This document shows, piece by piece, positions 41,574 through 49,772 of a stretch of DNA of 64,000 nt (positions within the stretch are counted from its first letter, which is position 1; every line of letters begins with the position of its first letter). A program made the position numbers and the translations under genes. The notes under the pieces were generated by a model. That model was not told the origin of the DNA. It worked only from the letters and a program-made list of their open reading frames with translations, and made no database searches. Origin of the DNA: an uncultured Planctomycetota bacterium (GTDB taxonomy: Bacteria; Planctomycetota; Planctomycetia; Isosphaerales; Isosphaeraceae); assembly GCA_963737655.1 (NCBI GenBank), contig CAVTTN010000002.1, forward strand, positions 1,632,001 through 1,696,000, written 5' to 3'.

Positions 41574-42565
41574 TTAGGCGGCTCAGGAGTCGAAGCCTTC
41601 GGTCGTGCTCGTCGTCGGCCTCGCCGGTCGCGCCTCGGCTCGACGACGCCATCGGTCGGGCCCCTGGAGTCGGCCTCGGCGGTGGTGCGCGTCGTCGCCC
41701 TCGCCGGCCGCGCCCCCGAGGTCGGGCCCGTCGGCCGGCGCCCCCTTGCCAACGCCGTCGGTCCGTGCCAGGATCGTCGGTGTCGGCGCGTGGGGCGTCG
41801 CCGGGCGCCGCCTAACCCGGCGCTGCAGCGGACCCGGCCCGCGGTCGACGATCACTCTCCTCTCAATCTCGCCGGGCGCGGGCCGGTCCGCTGAGCTTTG
41901 TCGTTAGGCGGCTCAGGAGTCGAAGCCTTCGGTCGTGCTCGTCGTCGGCCTCGCCGGTCGCGCCTCGGCTCGACGACGCCATCGGTCGGGCCCCTGGAGT
42001 CGGCCTCGGCGGTGGTGCGCGTCGTCGCCCTCGCCGGCCGCGCCCCCGAGGTCGGGCCCGTCGGCCGGCGCCCCCTTGCCAACGCCGTCGGTCCGTGCCA
42101 GGATCGTCGGTGTCGGCGCGTGGGGCGTCGCCGGGGCGCCGCCTAACCCGGCGCTGCAGCGGACCCGGCCCGCGGTCGACGATCACTCTCCTCTCAATCT
42201 CGCCGGGCGCGGGCCGGTCCGCTGAGCTTTGTCGTTAGGCGGCTCAGGAGTCGAAGCCTTCGGTCGTGCTCGTCGTCGGCCTCGCCGGTCGTGCCTCGGC
42301 TCGACGACGCCATCGGTCGGGCCCCTGGAGTCGGCCTCGGCGGTGGTGCGCGTCGTCGCCCTCGCCGGCCGCGCCCCCGAGGTCGGGCCCGTCGGCCGGC
42401 GCCCCCTTGCCAACGCCGTCGGTCCGTGCCAGGATCGTCGGTGTCGGCGCGTGGGGCGTCGCCGGGGCGCCGCCTAACCCGGCGCTGCAGCGGACCCGGC
42501 CCGCGGTCGACGATCACTCTCCTCTCAATCTCGCCGGGCGCGGGCCGGTCCGCTGAGCTTTGTCG
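41574..42565 (+). repeat. Three tandem copies of a 330-331-bp cassette with no convincing ORF
   Basis: Units 41574-41903, 41904-42234 and 42235-42565 differ by 1-2 bases. Confidence 0.93.
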
Positions 42566-42580
42566 TTAGGCGGCTAGGAG

Positions 42581-43543
42581 ATGACGTCGCCGGAAGCACG
42601 CACAATCCGACGACCCTTTCGATGGAACGGCCGATCTCGCGGCGGGGCGTTTATGGCTTTCCTGCGGATGTCGGTCCTCGGCCTCACAGGCGTCATCGCA
42701 ATGGTCGCCCTCGCATTGGCGTCTCTTCGCTACTCGACGCCGAACGTGGCGCGATGGAGCCTGACGGCGGTCTTCCTGATCCACGGGCTCGCGATCCTCG
42801 CCGCGATCTATCGACGTGGGGCGACTCGCGCCTTCTGGCTGGGCTTTGCCCTGATGGGCGGGGGCTATCTGGGCCTCTCCTCCGGCTCGTGGACGCTCAC
42901 CCAAAAGGAAGATGACTTGTACAAGAATGGATTCTTCGTGGATTTCGCCGGCGTTCACGGCGCGGTGCGTGAACCGGCCCCGCTCGGACACTGGCTAGGT
43001 ACAACGGCCCTCCTCGACTCGCTACGCATCGGGATTCAGATCGACAACGGCACCGGCTCGCCCCCGAACAGGCTGGAAGGATTGTTCGACTTCGATCGCA
43101 GGAGAAGTGCCATGCTCGCCGCGTTAGACCGGCCGCTTGAGATGCCGTTTCCACGAGAAACTCCGCTCGATGACGTGCTGAATTACATCAAGGTCTCGAC
43201 TCGCACCGCGGCCCTGCCGGACGGGATCCCGATCTACGTCGATCCGATCGGGCTGGTGGAGGCGGAGAAGACGATGTCGTCGGGCGTGAGCCTGGAAGTG
43301 AAGGGCATCCCGCTTCGGAGGTCACTGCCCCTGATCCTCGGGCAGGTCGATCTGGCGTGCGTCGTTGATGCCGATCTTGTGACGATCACCAGCCGTACCC
43401 GCGCCTCGGTGACGGACCGCGTCGAGGCGTTTCGCCGCATCGGGCACAGCCTATTCGCCTTGATATTCGCCGTCATCGGCGGGGTTGCTGCTTGTACCCT
43501 AAGGACGAAGCCTGAAAGATCCACCCACGCCGCCTCCCCGTGA
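42581..43543 (+). CDS. Cassette membrane protein with STN-like domain
   Basis: AGGAG RBS; TM helices; LDRPLEMPFPRETPLDDVLNYIK...IPIYVDPIGL...GIPLRRSL; stop codon lies inside the IS end. Confidence 0.7.
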   Translation: MTSPEARTIRRPFRWNGRSRGGAFMAFLRMSVLGLTGVIAMVALALASLRYSTPNVARWSLTAVFLIHGLAILAAIYRRGATRAFWLGFALMGGGYLGLSSGSWTLTQKEDDLYKNGFFVDFAGVHGAVREPAPLGHWLGTTALLDSLRIGIQIDNGTGSPPNRLEGLFDFDRRRSAMLAALDRPLEMPFPRETPLDDVLNYIKVSTRTAALPDGIPIYVDPIGLVEAEKTMSSGVSLEVKGIPLRRSLPLILGQVDLACVVDADLVTITSRTRASVTDRVEAFRRIGHSLFALIFAVIGGVAACTLRTKPERSTHAASP

Positions 43544-43695
43544 ACTCTTCGCGCCGGCGGTTCGGCATCGGTTGATACTATGTGGGCGTGATCATCGATC
43601 GGCCCGCATCCCCCCCGGCCCCCGCGACGACGGGGACGGCCCGATCCGGCTCGGCGGGGCTTGCGGCCGGGCGCCCCGCCTCCGACCCGTCGCCC

Positions 43696-45048
43696 TCACG
43701 ACGGCGGCGACGGCGGCGACTTCGCCACCAGCTCGTAGCCCAGCGACCTCGCCTTGCGCCGCAGCGAACGCTCCTGCTTCCGCCTCACCTCCGCCTCGTA
43801 CTCCGCCAGCGACCTCGACACGTACTCCTCGCCGTGCCTGAGCAGCCGGTACACCAGCCGCGACAGCTTGTGCGCCGTCGCCGTGATCGCCCCGCGGCCG
43901 CCGATCCGGCCCTTGATCCGCCGGTAGAACTGGCCCGTCGCCGTCGCCGTCCGGCCCGCCGCCTGCGCCGCCATCCGCAGCGCCTGACCCACCCGGTTCT
44001 TGCCCTTGCGGGGCGTGCGACGCCGCTCGGTCTTGTTGCTCCGGTCGGTCCGCGGGCAGAGGCCCAGCCAGCTGGCGAAGTGCTTCTCGCTCGGGAACCG
44101 CCCCACGTCGCCGCCGAGCTCCGCCAGGATCACCGTCGCCGTCGTCGCGTCGATCCCCTCGATGGCCGTCAGGTCGACGCCGATCGCCCGGGCCAGCTTG
44201 GCCGGGGCGTCGAACCGCACGTCGTTGGCCTTGCGGCCGCGACGCCGCGGCCTCGGGGCGACCGGCTCGCCCCCGGAGCGGTCGGGCAGGCGGTCCAGCT
44301 CCTCGGCGATCCGGGCGTCGCACTCGTCGACCTGGCGGTGGAGGTACTGGTACAGGTCGGACGCCTGCTTCAGGGCGAACAGGTGCTCGGGCCGCCAGGT
44401 GCCCTCCAGGGCCCGGGCGATCTCCGCCTCGTCCCGGGCGCACCGCTCGTGCCGCAGCGCGGCCAGCCTCGCCGGGTCGCGCTCGCCGGCGAGGATGGCG
44501 GCGATGATCGCCGTGCCGGTGACGCCCGTGATGCTGCTGACGACCTCGGTCAGCTTCACATTCATCTGCTCCAAAGCCTTCTGCATGTGCTGGACGTGGT
44601 GCGAGGCGTACCGCACGAGCATCTGCCGCTGCCGCCAGTAGCCGCGCAGGGCCAGGACGGCCCCGGGCGGGCGGAAGGACGGGCGGAGCAGGCCGCAGGC
44701 GTGGAGGCGCTGGAGCCACTGGCAGTCGAGCCGGTCGGTCTTGGGCCGGGCGCCGCAGTGGCTGGCCTGGCTCGGCTCGATGAGGAAGACCTCGAAGCCG
44801 CGCGATTCGAGCAGCTCGAACAGGGGGATCCAGTAGACGCCGGTGGACTCCAGGACCACCGAGGTGACGCCCTCGGCCCGGAACCAATCGGCCAGGGCGT
44901 GGAGGTCGGCCGAGCAGGCGCCGAAGGTGCGGACCCGTCCGGGCCCGACGCAGGCGACGTGGTTGTCGGAGTGGACGTCGACGGCGGCGGCGTGGGGGTG
45001 GACGACCGGCAGGGACGCGTCGGGATCGGGGGGCGTGCGGCGACTCAT
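43696..45048 (-). CDS. IS110-family DEDD transposase/recombinase
   Basis: AAVDVHS, VVLESTGVYW, KTDRLDCQWL, LTAIEGI, RFPSEKHFASWLGLCP...S, AITATAHKL. Confidence 0.95.
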   Translation of the reverse strand: MSRRTPPDPDASLPVVHPHAAAVDVHSDNHVACVGPGRVRTFGACSADLHALADWFRAEGVTSVVLESTGVYWIPLFELLESRGFEVFLIEPSQASHCGARPKTDRLDCQWLQRLHACGLLRPSFRPPGAVLALRGYWRQRQMLVRYASHHVQHMQKALEQMNVKLTEVVSSITGVTGTAIIAAILAGERDPARLAALRHERCARDEAEIARALEGTWRPEHLFALKQASDLYQYLHRQVDECDARIAEELDRLPDRSGGEPVAPRPRRRGRKANDVRFDAPAKLARAIGVDLTAIEGIDATTATVILAELGGDVGRFPSEKHFASWLGLCPRTDRSNKTERRRTPRKGKNRVGQALRMAAQAAGRTATATGQFYRRIKGRIGGRGAITATAHKLSRLVYRLLRHGEEYVSRSLAEYEAEVRRKQERSLRRKARSLGYELVAKSPPSPPS

Positions 45049-45074
45049 GGCGAGGGCTCCGGCGGGTGGGGGGC

Positions 45075-45337
45075 CAAGCCGTCGCGGGCCGAGAGGGGGT
45101 CCGGGGACGAGGTAGTCTCCCCGACGGGAACGTCGCGGGGCCGTGTTGACACGGCGCCGCGGGTCACCAATGATGGGGCCACGGCCTCTCGGGCCATGCT
45201 AACCTGCGGGCGGCGAGCACCAGGGAGATGACGGCCGGGAGGCCCGCGACGGCGTGCCCCAGCGTATCGCGCCCGGTGGTCGGGGCCACCCCCGGTTCAC
45301 GTCCGTCGGGGAGCGGTCGGAGACGGCGCGGAGAGTT
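45075..45337 (-). ncRNA. Candidate bridge/seek-type RNA region in the IS110 upstream non-coding end
   Basis: Long hairpin-rich non-coding end retained in all six related elements; contains CTAACCT (target-like) and GTTCACG (complement of the element end); strand and limits inferred. Confidence 0.55.
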
Positions 45338-45447
45338 AACCTCGCGCTGCAGCGGACCCCGGCCACGGGCCGCGCTTTCTCCGTTGTCATAGCTCACTGG
45401 TCCGTGGCCGGGTCCGCTGAGCTTGGTCGTTAGGCGGCTCGGTGGCG

Positions 45448-45717
45448 ATGCCTGAAGTACCGCTCGCTCACCTCGTATTCCTGCGGCGTGGCTCCGTACT
45501 CATCGTCAAGCGGCCCGAGGTCGACTGGCGGCAACTCCAAGACGAATACGACGACTACATGGCGTCGCTCGGCCCTTGGTCGGAGGACGACATCTGCGAG
45601 CACTTCGCGCTTGACTACGGGGAGGACGATCGCCGCTGGCCGTTCACGCGGTCGGCCATCGGCGAGTTCATGCGCGCGGCTGGCCCGGTCGTGCTGGAGT
45701 CGGCCGCCTCTTCGTGA
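45448..45717 (+). CDS. Cassette hypothetical protein
   Basis: ORF fills the cassette; ends ...ESAA-SS* with the stop inside the inserted element. Confidence 0.7.
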   Translation: MPEVPLAHLVFLRRGSVLIVKRPEVDWRQLQDEYDDYMASLGPWSEDDICEHFALDYGEDDRRWPFTRSAIGEFMRAAGPVVLESAASS

Positions 45718-46089
45718 ACTCTTTGGCTGGGAACGGCCATCGACGCGCAACACTACCCCAACCCCAGGCTTTGTGGCCGGGCAGCGGCGAGGTCCGGGTA
45801 GCAAACCGACGGATTCAAGAGCGGCGGACGAGGCGCGGGCCGAGAGGGGAGTCGGTTACGCTTGCAGTCTCTTCGACGGGAACATCCCCGCGAGTCGGCT
45901 CGCGGGGCGTCGCCAATGACCGGATCACGACCTCTCGGGCCAGGCTAACCTACGGGCAGGGAGCACCAAGGTGGAGACGGCCGGGAGGCCCGCGCCACAC
46001 TCAGGCTACGCCGCGCCGGGTCGGCGGGCAAGTCGTCCCCGACCCCCGTTCACGCCCCGTCGGGAGCGGACGAAGGCCGCAGGATGGTT
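45710..46089 (-). mobile_element. 380-bp non-autonomous element, copy 2
   Basis: One substitution seen versus copy 1; same GCCT^AAC junction. Confidence 0.85.
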
Positions 46090-46211
46090 AACCTTGCGCT
46101 GCAGCGGACCCCACCCGCCGCGACGGTTTTGGTACTATCCGAGGTCGCTCGGGCGGGTGGGTCCGCTGAGCTTTGTCGTTAGGCGGCGGAGATTTTATCG
46201 TGCATCGAGCG

Positions 46212-46820
46212 ATGTTCGTACTCACGGCCCTATTAACCGCCGGGTGCGGACAAGATCTATCTTCGAAGACGCCCCCGATCCTTTCGAAGGCTCTCCCCGA
46301 CTCGGGTCGCCGTGTGATTGATGCCGATCGGGTTGTAAAAGTTGCAGGGCGGACTCTCCCGGATGTTCCCCTCGTCGTGAACGGCGCGACGGGGGAGTCC
46401 GACTCCGCTGGTCATGCACTGTTCACGCTCAAAGGCGGACCGGAGCGAGTTCTGGCATCTGATCCCATCCTCAGCATCGCGCACGTCAAGATCGCGCCGG
46501 ACCGATCCGTCGGGGTCGAGAGCCGGGGAACCACGAGCGGGAATACACCCGACAAGTTCGTCTGGGACGAGCATCGCGATTTCAAGATCAATGGACAGCC
46601 GGCCACTTTGAGCCTTCGTCTGGATGGGCGCAATCATAGCCTACAAGTTGCCGGCGAGACCTTCGATCTCGCCCGAGGTAATTTCTTCACCGTCAGGCTG
46701 GCGGCCGGTTCACGTCTGGTCGCTGAACAGTTTCCACTGATTGATGTCATCGAGGATGATCCGCCCAAAGTTGAAGCCAGATTCACTGGATTCGAGAAAT
46801 CTCGACAAGGTGGTAAGTAG
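46212..46820 (+). CDS. Cassette putative lipoprotein
   Basis: MFVLTALLTAGC lipobox-like motif; lower GC; start may be the GTG at 46200. Confidence 0.7.
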   Translation: MFVLTALLTAGCGQDLSSKTPPILSKALPDSGRRVIDADRVVKVAGRTLPDVPLVVNGATGESDSAGHALFTLKGGPERVLASDPILSIAHVKIAPDRSVGVESRGTTSGNTPDKFVWDEHRDFKINGQPATLSLRLDGRNHSLQVAGETFDLARGNFFTVRLAAGSRLVAEQFPLIDVIEDDPPKVEARFTGFEKSRQGGK

Positions 46821-46865
46821 CTGTGGCCTTGCCTAAGCTTCGGCCGGCGTAGCGGCGAGATGCCT

Positions 46866-47245
46866 CTTCGTGAACTCTTTGGCTGGGAACGGCCATCGAC
46901 GCGCGACACTACCCCAACCCCAGGCTTTGTGGCCGGGCAGCGGCGAGGTCCGGGTAGCAAACCGACGGATTCAAGAGCGGCGGACGAGGCGCGGGCCGAG
47001 AGGGGAGTCGGTTACGTTTGCAGTCTCTTCGACGGGAACATCCCCGCGAGTCGGCTCGCGGGGCGTCGCCAATGACCGGATCACGACCTCTCGGGCCAGG
47101 CTAACCTACGGGCAGGGAGCACCAAGGTGGAGACGGCCGGGAGGCCCGCGCCACACTCAGGCTACGCCGCGCCGGGTCGGCGGGCAAGTCGTCCCCGACC
47201 CCCGTTCACGCCCCGTCGGGAGCGGACGAAGGCCGCAGGATGGTT
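46866..47245 (-). mobile_element. 380-bp non-autonomous element, copy 3
   Basis: One substitution seen versus copy 1; same junction. Confidence 0.85.
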
Positions 47246-47369
47246 AACCTCGCGCTGCAGCGGACCCCGCACCGCCGCGGCGATTCTTGTGTTATCATCG
47301 CGTTCTCGGCGGTGCGGGTCCGCTGAGCTTTGGCGTTAGGCGGCTCGGCGAAGATGCCTCGGGACACCC

Positions 47370-47765
47370 GTGACGTTCGACCCCGACCGAATCATGACCC
47401 TCTCGACCATGCAGTTCCGACGTTTCGGAATCGCGTGCTGCTATCGGTTGGGGTGCGACCGCAAAGACAAGCGTCTCGCGAAGGCGCTCAAGAGACTGGA
47501 GCAATCGCTGGGGCCGCCGGCCGACGAGAGCATGCGTCGTGACGCGCTCAACGCCGCCAACTCCGCTTGCCGAGACCTCTCCGCAAGCAGCGGCGTGATA
47601 CAGGTCGTTGCCCGCACCCTTGTTTGTGCCTGCTGGGACGGTCCCAATGAGAATCTGATTGGGAATTTCGAAGCGGCGCTTGAACAAGGAGAGCACTTGA
47701 GCAGGTCCGAGATCAAGGACATTGAAAGCGAGATCTTTCGGGCTATCCTGGGCGCCTCTTCGTGA
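47370..47765 (+). CDS. Cassette hypothetical helical protein
   Basis: ORF fills the cassette; ends ...ILGA-SS* with the stop inside the inserted element. Confidence 0.65.
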   Translation: MTFDPDRIMTLSTMQFRRFGIACCYRLGCDRKDKRLAKALKRLEQSLGPPADESMRRDALNAANSACRDLSASSGVIQVVARTLVCACWDGPNENLIGNFEAALEQGEHLSRSEIKDIESEIFRAILGASS

Positions 47766-48137
47766 ACTCTTTGGCTGGGAACGGCCATCGACGCGCGACA
47801 CTACCCCAACCCCAGGCTTTGTGGCCGGGCAGCGGCGAGGTCCGGGTAGCAAACCGACGGATTCAAGAGCGGCGGACGAGGCGCGGGCCGAGAGGGGAGT
47901 CGGTTACGCTTGCAGTCTCTTCGACGGGAACATCCCCGCGAGTCGGCTCGCGGGGCGTCGCCAATGACCGGATCACGACCTCTCGGGCCAGGCTAACCTA
48001 CGGGCAGGGAGCACCAAGGTGGAGACGGCCGGGAGGCCCGCGCCACACTCAGGCTACGCCGCGCCGGGTCGGCGGGCAAGTCGTCCCCGACCCCCGTTCA
48101 CGCCCCGTCGGGAGCGGACGAAGGCCGCAGGATGGTT
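47758..48137 (-). mobile_element. 380-bp non-autonomous element, copy 4
   Basis: Appears identical to copy 1; same junction. Confidence 0.85.
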
Positions 48138-48372
48138 AACCTGGCGCTGCAGCGGACCCGGCCCGCCGCGGTAGTTTCCGTGCTATCATCGGTCTGCTCG
48201 GCGGGCCGGTCCGCTGAGCTTGGTCGTTAGGCGGTTCGGGCACCGTTGGATCGCGCGGCGAAATCCAGAAGTCCCAACGGCAGCCCCTTGTCATCCGCCG
48301 CCGGGATCGATAGGGTCGCCGGCGTCGGTGCCACGCAGCGGAGCGAGGCTTGTCTAATCAGGGGCGTAATCC

Positions 48373-48582
48373 ATGAAAGCCTGGAAGAAAACCTTCCCTT
48401 CGATCGGGTTCGCGATCGCCGCCGTGGCATTCCTATTCGCCGGTTTGGAGGAGCGGGTCATCGCTGGGGGGCGGCTCCGCTACCCCATGCTGAGCTTGGC
48501 ATTCTTGTACTTCGTCTTAGCCTTCGTATTCTTCGACCGAGGCCGGAAGTCAGGTGGCGAGACCGGACCGCCAAATGCCTGA
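48373..48582 (+). CDS. Cassette small two-TM protein
   Basis: AGGGGG RBS-like site; two hydrophobic segments. Confidence 0.6.
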   Translation: MKAWKKTFPSIGFAIAAVAFLFAGLEERVIAGGRLRYPMLSLAFLYFVLAFVFFDRGRKSGGETGPPNA

Positions 48583-48651
48583 CCTGCTGGCTAGCCCGGG
48601 CGATGCGGCGAGGAGGAACGATCGTCAGCGGCATTCAAGGTCTCCCGGCCT

Positions 48652-49647
48652 CCCCGTGAACTCTTCGCGCCGACGGTTCGACATCGGTTGATACTATGTG
48701 GGCGTGATCATCGATCGGGGTCAAAAAGGGGACGGGGGTCAAAAAGGGGACGGGGGTCAAAAAGGGGACGGGGTCAAAAAGGGGACGGAGCGAATAAATT
48801 CAGCTTTTTGCATTTTGCCGCGTCTCATCCAGGCCGAACTTATTCGCTCCGTCCCCTTTTCGGCCCCCGCCGTCCCCTTTTCGGCCCCCGCGTCCCCTTT
48901 TCGGCCCCCGTCCCCTTTTCGGCCCCTCTGCCGCTGCCGCCAGTAGCCGCGCAGGGCCAGGACCGCGGCCGGCGGGCGGAAGGACGGGCGGAGCAGGCCG
49001 CACGAGTGGAGGCGCCGGAGCCACTGGCAGTCGAGCCGGTCGGTCTTGGGCCGGGCGCCGCAGTGGCTGGCCTGGCTCGGCTCGATGAGGAAGACCTCGA
49101 AGCCGCGCGATTCGAGCAGCTCGAACAGGGGGATCCAGTAGACGCCGGTGGACTCCAGGACCACCGAGGTGACGCCCTCGGCCCGGAACCAGTCGGCCAG
49201 GGCGTGGAGGTCGGCCGAGCAGGCGCCGAAGGTGCGGACCCGTCCGGGTCCGACGCAGGCGACGTGGTTGTCGGAGTGGACGTCGACGGCCGCGGCGTGG
49301 GGGTGGATGACCGGCAGGGTCGCGTCGGGATCGGGCGGCTTGCGACGGCTCATCGGGCGGCTCCGGCGGGTTGGGGCGTGGGGGCCGAGCCGCCGCGAGC
49401 CGAGAGGGGGGCCGGGGACGAGCAGTCTCCCCGACGGGAACGTCGCGGCGCCGCGTTGACACGGCGTCGCGGGTCACCAATGATGGGGCCACGGCTTCTC
49501 GGGCCAGGCTAACCTGCGGGCGGCGAGCACCAGGGAAGGGACGGCCGGGAGGCTCGCGACGGCGTGCCCCAGCGTATCGCGCCCGGTGGTCGGGGCCACC
49601 CCCGGTTCACGTCCGTCGGGGAGCGGTCGGAGACGGCGCGGAGAGTT
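48652..49647 (-). mobile_element. Internally deleted IS110 copy in attC inverse core
   Basis: Same ends as 43536-45337; transposase 49353-~48927 breaks after YWRQRQ. Confidence 0.9.
48717..48926. repeat. Palindromic AAAAGGGGAC/GTCCCCTTTT repeat block inside the deleted IS110
   Basis: (GGGGTCAAAAAGGGGAC)x4-GGAGCGAATAA...TTATTCGCTCC-(GTCCCCTTTTCGGCCCC)x4. Confidence 0.9.
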
Positions 49648-49772
49648 AACCTGGCGCGGCAGCGGACCCCGCCCGCCACGACGCCTTCTGGTATCATCAA
49701 GCCTTTCCTCGGCGGGCCGGTCCGCTGAGCTTGGGCGTTAGGCGGCTCGGAGGCGCGTAAGAGGGTCGAAAG

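Larger units (their letters stand above)
43536..45337 (-). mobile_element. Complete IS110-family element (1802 bp) in attC inverse core
   Basis: Ends CCCCGTGAACTCTTCGCGCCG ... CGGCGCGGAGAGTT (imperfect inverted repeat), flanks GCCT^AAC, no target duplication. Confidence 0.9.

Noticed and set aside
41105..48137. 380-bp elements as group IIC-attC introns
   Set aside because: No GTGCG 5' end at either junction and no reverse transcriptase; their similarity is to the IS110 non-coding end
45714..48139. Repeated 125-aa ORF (MNSLAGNGHRR...) within the short elements
   Set aside because: Arg/Pro/Gly-rich with no RBS or recognisable domain; its identity across copies only reflects element duplication. 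Translation is not strictly excluded
41484..49743. attC repeats as a second CRISPR or other guide-RNA array
   Set aside because: They have TAAC/GTTAGGC cores and paired arms, and are separated by gene-sized cassettes
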